This document shows, piece after piece, positions 1 to 10,218 of a stretch of 64,000 nt of DNA. How positions within the stretch are numbered: the first letter of the stretch is position 1; the number at the start of each line of letters is the position of its first letter. The notes under the pieces were generated by a model, which saw only the letters and a list, made by a program, of their open reading frames with translations, did no database searches and was not told the origin of the DNA. Origin of the DNA: an uncultured Solirubrobacterales bacterium. GTDB lineage: Bacteria; Actinomycetota; Thermoleophilia; Solirubrobacterales; 70-9. Made by a program: the position numbers and the translations under genes. The stretch lies in assembly GCA_963763955.1 (NCBI GenBank), contig CAVXQP010000010.1, positions 156,118-220,117 of the forward strand, read 5' to 3'.

Positions 1-481
1 GCAGGGCGAGTACAGGGGCCGGATCCTCGACCGGCTCGCGGAGCACAACCTCGTCGGCCTGGAGATGGCCGTGGACGAGGTCGAGGGCCTGAATGCCCAC
101 GGCCGCGAGACGCTGCTGCGACTGCCCGGCCTGCGGGGCGGGGCAGAGGTTCTGGATGAGGCCAGAGAGCTGGGCGGTGCCGCCGTAGAGCGGGCGGCAC
201 AGCGCCTCCAGCAGACCTACGACCTGCTGGTCAGGCGAGGCGTCGCCGGACGGGTGCAGCTCGACCTCGGCCTGCTCCGCGACCTCGGCTACTACACGGG
301 CGCGATCGTCGAGATTTACGACCCGGCGCTCGGCCACATTCTCGGCGGCGGGGGCCGCTACGACGACCTCGTCGGCCGCTTCGGGACGCCGATGCCGGCC
401 GCCGGGTTCGGGCTCTACCTGGAGCGGGTGCACGTGGCTCAGATGGAGGAGGAGCGCGTGGTGAGGGAGGGCGAGCGATGA
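1..481 (+). CDS. hisZ: ATP phosphoribosyltransferase regulatory subunit HisZ, C-terminal part (5' end outside window)
   Basis: Open from the window edge in the frame of ORF 65..481. HisRS-like core motifs LGYYTGAIVEIYD and GGGGRYDDLVGRFG..PAAGFGLYLERV. ATGA stop/start overlap with hisG. Confidence 0.75.
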   Translation, partial: QGEYRGRILDRLAEHNLVGLEMAVDEVEGLNAHGRETLLRLPGLRGGAEVLDEARELGGAAVERAAQRLQQTYDLLVRRGVAGRVQLDLGLLRDLGYYTGAIVEIYDPALGHILGGGGRYDDLVGRFGTPMPAAGFGLYLERVHVAQMEEERVVREGER

Positions 482-1164
482 CCCCGCCGACGGTCGAGTC
501 TCCGATCCGCGCCCGCCTGGGCGGGCCGCTGAAGCTCGCGATCCCGCGCGGGGCGCTCTGGGGCGAGACGCTCGACGCCCTGGACGGGATCGGGCTGGAG
601 ACCGCCGAGATGCGGGGCGACTCGCGCTCGCTCGTCTTCGACATGAACGGCCTCACCCTGGTGACCATGCGACCCTCCGACGTGCCCACCTACGTCGAGG
701 CCGGCGCGGCCGACCTCGGGATCACCGGCAAGGACGTGCTGCTCGAGCAGCAAGGGGACAGGATCGTCTACGAGATTCTCGACCTCGCCTATGGCGCCTG
801 CCGGATGGTGCTGGCGGGCCGCCGGGGCGACCAGAGCCTCGGCGAGTCCGAGCGGCGAGTGGGAGGGATGCGCATCGCCACCAAATACCCCCGAACAGCC
901 GAACGCCACTTCGATCAGACCGGCCGCCACGCGGACGTGATCGAGGTGAAGGGCTCGGTGGAGCTGGCGCCGCTGATCGGCCTCGCCGACGGCATCGTCG
1001 ACCTGGTGGCGACGGGGCGGACCTTGAAGGAGAACGGACTCGAGATTCGCGAGGAGATCGCGACCTCGACGGCGCGGCTGATCTCCAACCGCGTCTCCCA
1101 CAAGCTGCGCGCCGTCGAGGTCGACGACCTGGTCGAGCGCCTCCGCCCGGAGGGGGGGCGATGA
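478..1164 (+). CDS. hisG: ATP phosphoribosyltransferase catalytic subunit (short form)
   Basis: 228 aa. LKLAIPRGALWGETLDAL, VTMRPSDVPTYVEAGAADLGITGKD, DLVATGRTLKENGL. Lies between hisZ and hisD with overlapping stop/start codons. Confidence 0.9.
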   Translation: MTPPTVESPIRARLGGPLKLAIPRGALWGETLDALDGIGLETAEMRGDSRSLVFDMNGLTLVTMRPSDVPTYVEAGAADLGITGKDVLLEQQGDRIVYEILDLAYGACRMVLAGRRGDQSLGESERRVGGMRIATKYPRTAERHFDQTGRHADVIEVKGSVELAPLIGLADGIVDLVATGRTLKENGLEIREEIATSTARLISNRVSHKLRAVEVDDLVERLRPEGGR

Positions 1165-2465
1165 GGTTCAAGCGCTTCGTTTGGGACGGCAGCGACCCCG
1201 TCGCTCTCGCGAACGAGGTCCGGGCGCTCCAGCCCGCCCTTGGGGAGGTGAGCGAGCCGGTCGCCGCGATCATCGAGGAGGTCCGGCGCGGAGGCGATGA
1301 AGCCGTCGCCGAGATCGAGGCCCGCGTCGGCGGCAGGGAGGTCGCACCGGATTCGATCCGAGTCACCGACGACACAGTGCGTAGCGCGCGATCCCGGCTC
1401 GAGCCAGATCTGCTCGCCGCGCTCGAGACGGCGGCGGCGAACATCCGTGCGGTGGCGGACGCGCAGCTCGCCGAGGACCGCGACCTGAAGCTCGAACAGG
1501 GCCAATCGATCGAGCTCCGCGAGGTCCCGGTCGGATCGGCCGGCATCTATGCGCCCGGCGGTGCGGCGGTGTATCCGTCAACGGTGCTGATGGGCTGCAT
1601 CCCAGCGCACGCCGCCGGGGTGAGGCGGATCGCCCTGGCGACGCCGCCCGGTCCAGGCCCGCAGCTGGTCTCCGACGTGATTCTCGCCGCAGCGGCGATC
1701 GGCGGCGCCACCGAGGTCTACGCCGTCGGGGGCGCCCAGGCGATCGCAGCGCTGGCGCTGGGCACGGAGCGGATTGAGCCGGTCGACGTGATCGCCGGGC
1801 CGGGCAACCGCTACGTCCAGGAGGCCAAGCGCCAACTCACCGGCGAGGTGGGGATCGACGGGATCGCCGGTCCCTCAGAGCTGATGGTGATCGCCGGGGA
1901 CACGGCCGACGCGGCATGGATCGCGCTCGATCTCTGTGCGCAGGCCGAGCACGGCTCGGACGGCCTGCTGGTCACCGCCGCGGTGGAGACGGTGATCCTC
2001 GACCAGATCGAGGAGTCGGTCGCGAAGCTCGCTGCCGAGCGCGACATCGGAGACGTCGAGATGGCGGTCGTGCAGGTCTCCGACACGGCCGCGGGGGTAC
2101 TGCTCGCCAACGCGATCGCCCCCGAGCATCTCGAGATCCTCACCGAGGACGCCGACCTGCTGGCGAGCACAGCCACGACCGCGGGCTGCGTCTTCGTCGG
2201 TGAAAACGGTGCGACCGCGTTCGGCGACTATGCCGCCGGGTCGAACCACGTGCTCCCCACCGGCGGCGCCGGTCGCTTCCAGGGACCGCTCGGGCCCGGG
2301 GCGTTCAGGCGCCGGACGGCAACGGTCCAGATGACGCAGGACGCGGCCCGGGAGCTGGCTCCGACGGTCGCTACATTGGCCCGCGCCGAGGGCTTCCCGC
2401 TGCACGCCGAATCGGTCGAGATTCGAGGGCGCCCAGCAGGCGAAGCCGAGGGGCGACCCGACTGA
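1161..2465 (+). CDS. hisD: histidinol dehydrogenase
   Basis: 434 aa. IAGPGNRYVQEAKR, CAQAEHG, FVGENGATAFGDYAAGSNHVLPTGGAGRF are typical HisD signatures. Confidence 0.95.
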   Translation: MRFKRFVWDGSDPVALANEVRALQPALGEVSEPVAAIIEEVRRGGDEAVAEIEARVGGREVAPDSIRVTDDTVRSARSRLEPDLLAALETAAANIRAVADAQLAEDRDLKLEQGQSIELREVPVGSAGIYAPGGAAVYPSTVLMGCIPAHAAGVRRIALATPPGPGPQLVSDVILAAAAIGGATEVYAVGGAQAIAALALGTERIEPVDVIAGPGNRYVQEAKRQLTGEVGIDGIAGPSELMVIAGDTADAAWIALDLCAQAEHGSDGLLVTAAVETVILDQIEESVAKLAAERDIGDVEMAVVQVSDTAAGVLLANAIAPEHLEILTEDADLLASTATTAGCVFVGENGATAFGDYAAGSNHVLPTGGAGRFQGPLGPGAFRRRTATVQMTQDAARELAPTVATLARAEGFPLHAESVEIRGRPAGEAEGRPD

Positions 2466-2490
2466 TGGCGAAGCCAGGAACCGGACACTC

Positions 2491-3081
2491 ATGAGTCGCA
2501 CAGCCGAGATCAACCGAGAGACCAGGGAGACCAAGGTCAGCCTGCGGCTGGACCTCGACGACGGCGAGGCGAAGGTCTCGACCGGCATCGGCTTCCTCGA
2601 CCACATGCTGGAGCTGCTCGCCCGCCACGGGCGTCTCGGCCTGGCGATCGAAGCGAGCGGGGACCTGCAGACCGGTGCCCACCACACCACCGAGGACATC
2701 GGGATCTGCCTGGGACAGGCGATCGACAAGGCGCTGGGGGACCGCGCCGGAATCCGCCGTTACGGCTCGGCTCTCGTGCCGATGGACGAGGCGCTGGGCG
2801 AGTGCGCGATCGACATCTCGGGCAGGCCCTTCTGCGCGTTCGACGCAGAGCTCCCCGACGTGACGATCGCCGGCTTCGACTCCGAGCTGACCGAGGAGTT
2901 CTTTCGCGCCGTCTCCAACAGCTCGAAGATCACCCTGCATCTCTGGGTCAGCTCCGGCTCGAACGCCCACCACATGATCGAAGCCTCCTTCAAGGCATTC
3001 GCGCGCGCCCTGCGGGAGGCAGTGGCGATCGACCCCGAGGAGACCGGGGTGCCATCCACCAAGGGCACCCTCACCGAATGA
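2491..3081 (+). CDS. hisB: imidazoleglycerol-phosphate dehydratase
   Basis: 196 aa. GIGFLDHMLELLARHG, HHTTEDIGICLG, NAHHMIEASFKAFARAL. Confidence 0.95.
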   Translation: MSRTAEINRETRETKVSLRLDLDDGEAKVSTGIGFLDHMLELLARHGRLGLAIEASGDLQTGAHHTTEDIGICLGQAIDKALGDRAGIRRYGSALVPMDEALGECAIDISGRPFCAFDAELPDVTIAGFDSELTEEFFRAVSNSSKITLHLWVSSGSNAHHMIEASFKAFARALREAVAIDPEETGVPSTKGTLTE

Positions 3082-3692
3082 CCAGGATCGCCATCCTCGA
3101 CTACGGGTTGGGGAACCTACGCTCGGTCGAGAAGGCGCTGGAGCGGGTCGGAGCGGAGGCGGAGATCACCGCTGATCGCGCGCGGGTGGAATCCGCGGAC
3201 GGCGTCATCCTCCCGGGCGTCGGGGCGTTCCCCAGGGCGATGAGCCGGGTTCACGAGATCGGGCTCGACGAGCTGGTGGCGGGTCGCGTCGAGGCCGGCG
3301 TCCCCGTGCTGGGAATCTGCCTCGGCATGCAGCTGCTCTTCGAGTCCTCGGTCGAGAACGAAGGCGGCGACGGCATCGGCCTGCTGGGCGGGATCGTCAC
3401 CCCGCTCGAGGCGAACGGCTACAAGGTCCCGCACATCGGGTGGTCACCGGTCCACTGGGAACACGACTCGCCGCTCACCCAGGGCCTGGGCGACCAGACC
3501 CCGTTCTACTTCGTCCACTCGTTCGCGCCCCGGCCGGCCATCGATGACTACGTCCTCGGGACCGCCGCGTACGGCGAGCGCTTCGCCTGCGCCGTCGAGC
3601 GGCCGCCCCTGTACGGCGTCCAATTCCACCCGGAGAAGTCGAGCTCGGCGGGGCTCGGCCTGCTGGCCAACTTCGTGCGCGTCTGCGGTTGA
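3078..3692 (+). CDS. hisH: imidazole glycerol phosphate synthase, glutamine amidotransferase subunit
   Basis: Internal ATG at 3078 within ORF 2802..3692, overlapping the hisB stop (ATGA). MTRIAILDYGLGNLRSV, GICLGMQLL (Cys nucleophile), GVQFHPEKS. Confidence 0.92.
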   Translation: MTRIAILDYGLGNLRSVEKALERVGAEAEITADRARVESADGVILPGVGAFPRAMSRVHEIGLDELVAGRVEAGVPVLGICLGMQLLFESSVENEGGDGIGLLGGIVTPLEANGYKVPHIGWSPVHWEHDSPLTQGLGDQTPFYFVHSFAPRPAIDDYVLGTAAYGERFACAVERPPLYGVQFHPEKSSSAGLGLLANFVRVCG

Positions 3693-4414
3693 TCCTCTTC
3701 CCGGCGATCGACATCCGCGACGGCAAGGCCGTCCGCCTCATCCAGGGCGACTACGACCGCGAGACGGCCTATGAGGACGACCCGGCGGTCGCCGCCCGGC
3801 GCTGGGCCGACGAGGGCGCACGGTGGCTGCACGTAGTCGACCTCGACGGTGCCCGGGCCGGCGAGCCGGTCAACCTCGAGCACGTGCGGAGGATCGTCTC
3901 CGCGGTGAACGTGCCGGTCCAGCTCGGCGGCGGCCTGCGCGACTCGAAGAAGGTCGAGGAGGCGTTCTCCGCCGGCGCCGCACGCGTCGTCCTCGGAACC
4001 GCGGCGGTCCGCGACCCGGAGATGGCGGCGGCGATCGCATCCGCGCACGGCGAGCGGGTGGTGGCGTCGGTCGACTCCCGCTCGGGCAAGGTCGCGGCGG
4101 AGGGATGGACCGAGTCCTCGGACCTCGGCGCCGCGGAGGTGATTGCCGCGCTCAGCGAGAGGGGCCTGCGCCGTTTCGTCTACACGCCGGTCGAGGTCGA
4201 CGGCCTCATGCAGGGGCCCGACCTCGACTCCCTGCGGGAGGCCGCCGGCGCCACCGACGGCGAGCTGATCTACTCGGGTGGGATCGGGACGCTCGATGAC
4301 CTTCGCGCTCTCTCGAAGCTGGGGCTCGACAACCTCGCCGGCGTGATCGTCGGACGGGCGCTGTACGAGAGCCGCTTCACGGTGGCCGAGGGGCAGTCGG
4401 TCCTCGGTCGATAA
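3689..4414 (+). CDS. hisA: 1-(5-phosphoribosyl)-5-[(5-phosphoribosylamino)methylideneamino]imidazole-4-carboxamide isomerase
   Basis: TTG start overlapping the hisH stop. ILFPAIDIRDGKAVRL, QLGGGLRD, YSGGIGTLDDL, GVIVGRALYE. Confidence 0.9.
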   Translation: MILFPAIDIRDGKAVRLIQGDYDRETAYEDDPAVAARRWADEGARWLHVVDLDGARAGEPVNLEHVRRIVSAVNVPVQLGGGLRDSKKVEEAFSAGAARVVLGTAAVRDPEMAAAIASAHGERVVASVDSRSGKVAAEGWTESSDLGAAEVIAALSERGLRRFVYTPVEVDGLMQGPDLDSLREAAGATDGELIYSGGIGTLDDLRALSKLGLDNLAGVIVGRALYESRFTVAEGQSVLGR

Positions 4415-4432
4415 GCGGATAGGTTCCCCTGC

Positions 4433-4789
4433 ATGGCAAGGCTTTTCGGGCCCTTCTTCGTCTTCGCGGGGATCATGCACTTCGTCAAGACTCGCTCCTA
4501 CGAGCGCATCATGCCGCCGTACATCCCGCGCCACCGCGAGCTCGTCTATGCCAGCGGCGTGGCGGAGATCGCCGGTGGCCTGGCGACGTTGCACCCGCGG
4601 ACCCGCCGGGCGGGGAGCGCCTGGAGCATCGCCACCCTGGTCGCGGTCTTCCCGGCCAACCTCCATATGGCGATCGAGTGGGAGAGATACGAGAAGGGCA
4701 TTCCCGGGGGCCGCAACGCTCTCTATGCCCGGCTGCCGGTTCAGCTGCTCTTCATCGCCTGGGCGTACGCGGCCGGCGACTGGGACTAG
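4433..4789 (+). CDS. small integral membrane protein (DoxX-like, function unknown)
   Basis: 118 aa with 3-4 hydrophobic segments (FFVFAGIMHF, VAEIAGGLATL, IATLVAVFPANL, VQLLFIAWAYAA). High GC3. Sits between hisA and hisF. Family assignment is from pattern memory only. Confidence 0.5.
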   Translation: MARLFGPFFVFAGIMHFVKTRSYERIMPPYIPRHRELVYASGVAEIAGGLATLHPRTRRAGSAWSIATLVAVFPANLHMAIEWERYEKGIPGGRNALYARLPVQLLFIAWAYAAGDWD

Positions 4790-4863
4790 GCAAAGCCGGC
4801 GACCGCAAGGGCGGCTTCGCGTCGCCCAGATCGCGGACATCGGCGCAACGTTAACCTCGATGC

Positions 4864-5676
4864 ATGGTCCTGAAGCGCGTCATTCCGTGCCTGGATGTCG
4901 ACAACGGCCGCGTCGTCAAGGGCACCAACTTCGTCGACATCCGGGACGCCGGTGACCCGGTGGAGCTCGCCGAGCGCTACGACGCCGAGGGAGCTGACGA
5001 GCTCATCTTCCTCGACATCACCGCGTCGCACGAGAGCCGCGACACGATCGTCGAGCTGGCCCGGCGCACCGCCGACAACGTCTTCATCCCGTTCACGATC
5101 GGCGGCGGGATCCGCTCCGTCGAGGACGCGCAGGCCGTGCTCGACGCCGGCGCCGACAAGGTCTCTGTCAACTCCGCCGCGCTGGAGAGGCCCGAGCTGA
5201 TCTCGGAGCTCGCGGAGGTCTTCGGCTCCCAGTGCGTGGTGATCGCGATCGACGCGAAGCGCCGCGGGGCGGGGGACTCATCCGAGACCTGCCAGGCGCC
5301 GCCCGGTTTCTTCGGCGATCTCGAGTGGGATGTCTACGTGCACGGCGGCCGCAGCAGGGCCGAAGGCCGGGAGGCCGTCGCCTGGGCGAAGGAGGCGACC
5401 GAACTGGGCGCTGGGGAGGTTCTGCTGACCAGCATGGATCGCGACGGGACCACCGACGGCTACGACCTAGAGCTGACCCGTGCGGTGTCCGAGACCGTCA
5501 CTGTCCCTGTGATCGCCTCGGGAGGCGCCGGCGAGCTCGACCATCTGGTCGAGGCCATCACCGCCGGGCACGCCGACGCGGTGCTCTGCGCCTCGATCTT
5601 CCACTACGGCGCCCACACGGTCGCCGAGGCCAAGGAGCGGATGGAGCGAGCCGGGATCCCGGTGCGCGCCCTCTAG
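4864..5676 (+). CDS. hisF: imidazole glycerol phosphate synthase, cyclase subunit
   Basis: 270 aa. [56 protein letters not shown]. Contains a short insertion ([18 protein letters not shown]) relative to the canonical HisF as I remember it. Confidence 0.93.
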   Translation: MVLKRVIPCLDVDNGRVVKGTNFVDIRDAGDPVELAERYDAEGADELIFLDITASHESRDTIVELARRTADNVFIPFTIGGGIRSVEDAQAVLDAGADKVSVNSAALERPELISELAEVFGSQCVVIAIDAKRRGAGDSSETCQAPPGFFGDLEWDVYVHGGRSRAEGREAVAWAKEATELGAGEVLLTSMDRDGTTDGYDLELTRAVSETVTVPVIASGGAGELDHLVEAITAGHADAVLCASIFHYGAHTVAEAKERMERAGIPVRAL

Positions 5677-7046
5677 CCCTTCTTCTTCCCCGACTTCCCC
5701 TTCGCGGGCTGCTTCGCCTTCTTCGGCGCCTGGATGATCCCGTTGACCGCGGGCCCCTGGCCTGGCGTCAGCGCGTAGACCGTCTTGTAGCCGGTCAGGA
5801 AGATCTCCTTGCCGTCGGAGATCACGGGGTTGTAGGCCCCGTCCGAGTACTCGAAGACCTTGTGGCCGTTGGCGGCGTCGAATCCGTAGGTGGAGGTGTG
5901 CTGCAGGTCGGCGACGTAAACGGTGTCGCCGATCAGGCTCGCCGCCCCCGAGATCGAGCCGAGGTTGTGCTGGCTCCAGCGCTCCTCGCCCGTGCGCGCG
6001 TCGAGCGCGTAGAAGTTGCCGTCGTAGGAGCCGAAGTAGACGGTGGGCGGGGTGTCCGCGGTCCGCGCCGCGACCGCGCCGGCGTAGACGTAGTTGCTCG
6101 TGGAGTGGCTCCACGCGAGCCGCCCGGTCTGCTGGTCGAAGCTGTACATCCGGCCGTCGGTGTTGCCGGCGTAAACGCGGCCGAAGGCGATCGCCGCCGT
6201 GGCGTAGAACTGCCCGGTCCGGCCGAAGCTCGTCCCCTGCGAGCCCGTCTGCCACTTGATCGACCCGTCGTTCACGTGGATGGCCGTCATCTCCCCGCTG
6301 TAGTCGCCGACGTAGACGATCCCGCCGCTGTAGGCCGGGGCCGCCTTGACCGCACCGTTCACGTGCCTCTCCCAGATCGTCTTCCCCGTCTTCTTGTTGA
6401 AGGCGAAGACCGTGTTGCACTCGCAGCCGACGATCACCTTGTTCCCGACGACCAGCGGGGAGGACTCCGACCGCCCCGGGAGCGCGTGCTCCCAGTAGGT
6501 GTGACCGTCGTAAGCCGCCAGGGCGATCACCTGGCCCGGCTCGAGATTCGAGATGTAGAGAATGCCGTCGCTGAAGGTCGGCGCCGACGCGTTCAGGTGG
6601 GCGACCTGCCGCTTCCAGCGAGCCTTGCCGGTACGGGTCTTGATCCCGAATGCGAGTCCGTTGTTGTTGATCCCGAAGAGCTGATCGCTGACCAGGATCG
6701 GGGAGTACTCGAGCAGATGCCCGCCCTTGAACCGCCAGCGGATCGAGAACGGCGGCTTCACTCCCGGGGCATCGAGATATCGCGTGCGCTCCTCGTTCAG
6801 CCCGTACATCGGCCAGTCCGTGGTCCCGGAGACTGGCTGCGGCGCCTCGCTCGTGATCGTGCACGGGGCGGTGCAGGACTTGTCCCCCGGCCGCTTCAGG
6901 ATCAGGTATCCGGCCAGCGCGATCAGGACGGCGGCAACCGCGGAGACGACGCCGATCGTCGCCCAGCGGTGGTTGTTCCACAGGTTCGTTATCCGGGGGC
7001 GCAGAGGCCGGACATGGTAGGTAAGGGGCGTTAATGCCGGACTCAA
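5673..7046 (-). CDS. membrane-anchored PQQ-like (BamB-type) beta-propeller repeat protein with Lys-rich C-terminal tail
   Basis: N-terminal TM segment ([22 protein letters not shown]) followed by repeated G.VYVG/DG.LYA.D..TG...W blades. Ends [18 protein letters not shown]. Start is ambiguous: TTG at 7046, or ATG at 7136 (longest ORF), which would overlap the divergent gene by about 100 nt. Confidence 0.75.
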   Translation of the reverse strand: MSPALTPLTYHVRPLRPRITNLWNNHRWATIGVVSAVAAVLIALAGYLILKRPGDKSCTAPCTITSEAPQPVSGTTDWPMYGLNEERTRYLDAPGVKPPFSIRWRFKGGHLLEYSPILVSDQLFGINNNGLAFGIKTRTGKARWKRQVAHLNASAPTFSDGILYISNLEPGQVIALAAYDGHTYWEHALPGRSESSPLVVGNKVIVGCECNTVFAFNKKTGKTIWERHVNGAVKAAPAYSGGIVYVGDYSGEMTAIHVNDGSIKWQTGSQGTSFGRTGQFYATAAIAFGRVYAGNTDGRMYSFDQQTGRLAWSHSTSNYVYAGAVAARTADTPPTVYFGSYDGNFYALDARTGEERWSQHNLGSISGAASLIGDTVYVADLQHTSTYGFDAANGHKVFEYSDGAYNPVISDGKEIFLTGYKTVYALTPGQGPAVNGIIQAPKKAKQPAKGKSGKKKG

Positions 7047-8173
7047 GTGAAATCGACCCGAAACGGCTGCCGGAGCTGGTCGACCATCTGCCTCGAGTCG
7101 ACGTGCTCCGCGGCATCGCCGGACGAGTGCAGGCATATCTGGTGGGTGGCGCGATCCGCGACCTGCTGCTCGGAGTCGACGACGGACCGGACCTCGACGT
7201 GGCGATCGAGGGGGAGGTCGATGCGCTCTCCGACATGCCGGGCTTCGAGCCCGAGCGGGAGGGACTCTTCCTGACCGGCCGGCTCGAGCTCGACGGCATC
7301 AAGGTCGACGTCGCCAGGGCGCGAGCCGAGAGCTACCCACAACCCGGCGCCCTCCCGGAGGTACGCCCGGCGACCATCGAGGAGGACCTCGCACGCCGCG
7401 ACTTCACGGTCAACGCGATGGCCTTCCCGCTCGCCGGCGATCGAACGGAGCTGATCGACCCGCACGGAGCTGTCGACGATCTGCGGGCGGGCCACCTTCG
7501 GGTGCTGCACGAGCGCTCCTTCGTCGACGACCCCACCCGGGCGCTGCGGGCGGCGCGCTACGCCGCGCGGCTCGGCTTCGAGCTCGAGCCCGGCACGGCG
7601 AAGCTGCTCGAGCGGACCGATCTATCCAGCGTCTCGGACGACCGCGTCCAGGCCGAGCTGCGCCGGATCGCCGCCGAGGACGATCCGGGTCGCGCGCTGC
7701 GGCTGATCGTCGACTGGGGCGTGATGCCGACCCTCGACCCGGCCGCGCCCGACCGGGTGGCCGAGGTGGCGCGTCTCGGCTTCGAGTCCCCCTGGTCCGG
7801 CTGGGCGGACCGGGAGCTGGCCGTGATGCTCGCCATCACGAGGCCGCTGCCCCAGATCCGCGAGCTCGCCGCCGCGACCCCAGAGCGGCCGTCGGAGATC
7901 GTCCGCCTGGCAGAACCCTGGGACCCGGCCCAGCTCCTGGTGGCCCGCGCGCTCGGCGCGGAATGGCTCGACCGCTATGCCGATGAGTTCAGGATGGTGC
8001 GGCTCGAGATCACCGGCGAGGACCTGATCGCGGCGGGGATCCCGGAGGGCCCCGCGATCGGCCACGGCCTCGGGGCCGCCCTCTCCGGCATGCTCGACGG
8101 TGAGATCTCGGGCCGCGAAGAGGAGCTCCGCATCGCGCTCGCCGCCGCCAGGGGCGAGATCCCCGAGGACTAG
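7034..8173 (+). CDS. CCA tRNA nucleotidyltransferase / poly(A) polymerase family protein
   Basis: 379 aa. Head-domain motif YLVGGAIRDLLLG....DLDVAIEG and RRDFTVNAMA. No HD domain seen. An alternative GTG start at 7103 would remove the overlap with the divergent gene. Confidence 0.75.
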   Translation: MPDSSEIDPKRLPELVDHLPRVDVLRGIAGRVQAYLVGGAIRDLLLGVDDGPDLDVAIEGEVDALSDMPGFEPEREGLFLTGRLELDGIKVDVARARAESYPQPGALPEVRPATIEEDLARRDFTVNAMAFPLAGDRTELIDPHGAVDDLRAGHLRVLHERSFVDDPTRALRAARYAARLGFELEPGTAKLLERTDLSSVSDDRVQAELRRIAAEDDPGRALRLIVDWGVMPTLDPAAPDRVAEVARLGFESPWSGWADRELAVMLAITRPLPQIRELAAATPERPSEIVRLAEPWDPAQLLVARALGAEWLDRYADEFRMVRLEITGEDLIAAGIPEGPAIGHGLGAALSGMLDGEISGREEELRIALAAARGEIPED

Positions 8174-8198
8174 CGGGGTCTGATCTAGCCTGCGCCGA

Positions 8199-8933
8199 GT
8201 GGAGTGGCGAGAGCGAGAAGGTGTCCGCTGGCTCGAGGCGGAGCTGCCCGCAGCGAGGGCGGCGTTCTCGACGCGGCTCGGCGGGGTCTCCCACGAGCCC
8301 TACGACGCGCTCAACGTCGCGATCATGACCGGCGACGAGCGCGATGACGTCCGGGAGAACCGGCTCAGGCTGGCCGCGGCGCTTGGGCGCGAGCCCGACG
8401 GAGTGGTGATGGGCCGCCAGGTCCATGGTGCCGAGCTGCGTGAGCACGCCGAGCGCCAGGAGCCGCGCGTCTTCGCCGACGTGGTGAAGAGCCCCGACGA
8501 GGTCGATGCCCACGCGACGGCAGACCCCGGGCTGACGCCGCTGGTGATGGTGGCGGACTGCCTTCCCGTTGCCCTCGACGGCCCCGGAGGCGTGGCGATG
8601 GCCCACTGCGGGTGGCGGGGCCTCGCCGCCGGAGTCGTCGCCAGGGCGGCCACGGCGGTCGACGCGGAGGCCGCCGCGGTCGGTCCGGGAATCGGCCCCT
8701 GCTGCTACGAGGTCGGGGACGAGGTTCTCGCCGAGTTCGCCGACCTCGATGGCGTCGGGGACGGGCGGATGCTCGACCTGTCCGCCGTGGCCCGGGCCCT
8801 GCTGGAGCGGGCCGGTGTGGAGGCCACCGAGATAAGCGGCCTCTGCACCAAATGCAACCCCGATCTCTTCTATTCCCACCGCCGCGACGGCGGGCGTACC
8901 GGCCGCCAGGCCGGGCTGGTCTGGATGGATTGA
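8199..8933 (+). CDS. pgeF: peptidoglycan editing factor PgeF (YfiH/DUF152, laccase-domain protein)
   Basis: 244 aa, GTG start. FSTRLGGVS..PYDALN, GRQVHG, ADCLPV, AHCGWRG, GPCCYEVG, CT.C..DLFYSHRRD. Confidence 0.85.
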   Translation: MEWREREGVRWLEAELPAARAAFSTRLGGVSHEPYDALNVAIMTGDERDDVRENRLRLAAALGREPDGVVMGRQVHGAELREHAERQEPRVFADVVKSPDEVDAHATADPGLTPLVMVADCLPVALDGPGGVAMAHCGWRGLAAGVVARAATAVDAEAAAVGPGIGPCCYEVGDEVLAEFADLDGVGDGRMLDLSAVARALLERAGVEATEISGLCTKCNPDLFYSHRRDGGRTGRQAGLVWMD

Positions 8934-8934
8934 C

Positions 8935-9567
8935 GTGATCGAGCCCGTCACGGACCTCGACACGGTGCACGTCCGCTCCAACCTCGAGCGGATTCGCGAG
9001 CAGGCGGGCCCGGAGATCGAGGTCCTCGCCGCCACCAAGTACATCCGGGCCGAGGACATGGGCGCGCTGGCGGAGGCCGGCGTCGAGTTGGTCGGCGAGA
9101 ACCGCCTCCAGGATCTCGAGGAGAAGCGCGAGCGCTGGGGGGACCGCTTCACCTGGGATTTCATCGGGAACCTGCAGAGCCGTAAGGTCAAGCGGATCCT
9201 GCCGCTGGTTCGCCTGATCCACTCGGTGGCGACGGACTCGGTGCTGGAGCAGCTCGGCCGCCACGGGGGAGCCGACACCGAGGTGCTGGTGGAGGTCAAC
9301 CTCTCCGGGGAGGAGGGGAAGGGGGGCATCGAGCCGGCGAACCTCGACGAGTTCATCCAGCGCTGCCCGGTGACCGTCTCGGGGCTGATGACCATGCCGC
9401 CGTTCACCGAGGACCCGGAGGGCTCCCGGCCCTACTTCAGGCGGCTCGCCGGGCTGGCCTCCGAGCGCGGCCTCGAGCGGCTCTCGATGGGCACGAGCCA
9501 GGACTGGCAGGTCGCGGTGGAGGAGGGGGCGACGATCCTTCGCCTGGGCTCCCTGCTTTGGTCATAA
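8935..9567 (+). CDS. yggS: YggS-family pyridoxal phosphate homeostasis protein
   Basis: 210 aa, GTG start 1 nt after the pgeF stop. VLAATKY, VGENRLQDLEEK, WDFIGNLQSRKVK, LSMGTSQDW. Confidence 0.88.
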   Translation: MIEPVTDLDTVHVRSNLERIREQAGPEIEVLAATKYIRAEDMGALAEAGVELVGENRLQDLEEKRERWGDRFTWDFIGNLQSRKVKRILPLVRLIHSVATDSVLEQLGRHGGADTEVLVEVNLSGEEGKGGIEPANLDEFIQRCPVTVSGLMTMPPFTEDPEGSRPYFRRLAGLASERGLERLSMGTSQDWQVAVEEGATILRLGSLLWS

Positions 9568-9620
9568 TCGGTCAACACGGCCTGGAGGAATAACGGCCGT
9601 CAAGCCGAATCTGAGCCGAG

Positions 9621-10214
9621 ATGGCGATCAGAGACACATGGAGACGGGCACTCGAGTATTTCGGCCTCGTTGAGGGCGACTACATCGAGGAGGGCGAGTA
9701 CGACGAGGGCGACACGGGCAGCGAGATGGCGCTGGACCCGACTGCCGCTGCGCCGCGCGAGGCCGTGGGCGGCTCATCACGCCGCCGCGGGCGTGAGGAG
9801 GACATCGACGACATCTTCGGCGACGACGAGCCTCCGCGTCGCCGTGGCCGGACCCGCTCGGTCGACGACACCGCCGAGGAGGAGCCCCAGCCCCGCCGCG
9901 GGCGCCGGCGCTCATCCGCGGGGAACGGAGGTGGCGTCGCCTCCATGCACGTGGTCACTCCAAGAAGCTTCAACGACGCCCAGCAGGTCGCCGACGAGTT
10001 CAAGCGCTCGAAGCCGGTGATCATCAACCTCCAGTCGACCGACCGCGAGCTCTCCAAGCGGCTGATCGACTTCTCCTCGGGCATGACCTACGCCCTCGGC
10101 GGCGGGATGCAGCGCATCTCGCAGGGAATCTTCCTGCTCACCCCCGAGAACGTCGAGGTCTCCGCCGAGGAGAAGGCCCGCCTGCTCGAGGGCGGCTTCT
10201 TCAACCAGTCCTAG
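9621..10214 (+). CDS. sepF: cell division protein SepF
   Basis: 197 aa. N-terminal amphipathic helix (WRRALEYFGLVE), a long Arg/Asp/Glu-rich linker, and a conserved C-terminal core VVTPRSFNDAQQVADEFKRSKPVIINLQ...LIDFSSGMTYALGG. Confidence 0.9.
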   Translation: MAIRDTWRRALEYFGLVEGDYIEEGEYDEGDTGSEMALDPTAAAPREAVGGSSRRRGREEDIDDIFGDDEPPRRRGRTRSVDDTAEEEPQPRRGRRRSSAGNGGGVASMHVVTPRSFNDAQQVADEFKRSKPVIINLQSTDRELSKRLIDFSSGMTYALGGGMQRISQGIFLLTPENVEVSAEEKARLLEGGFFNQS

Positions 10215-10218
10215 AGCG

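Noticed and set aside
5232-7302. Very long ORFs (600 aa on plus 5232..7034; 611 aa on minus 5467..7302) overlapping the PQQ-propeller gene
   Set aside because: The translations are Arg/Gly/Pro/Asp-rich low-complexity sequence, typical of off-frame or antisense shadow ORFs in a 70% GC genome. The 5673..7046 frame gives a coherent TM plus beta-propeller protein.
8010-9407. 465-aa and 299-aa minus-strand ORFs across pgeF/yggS
   Set aside because: These are antisense shadows of two well-supported plus-strand genes, with Ser/Arg/Pro-rich translations and no recognisable motifs.
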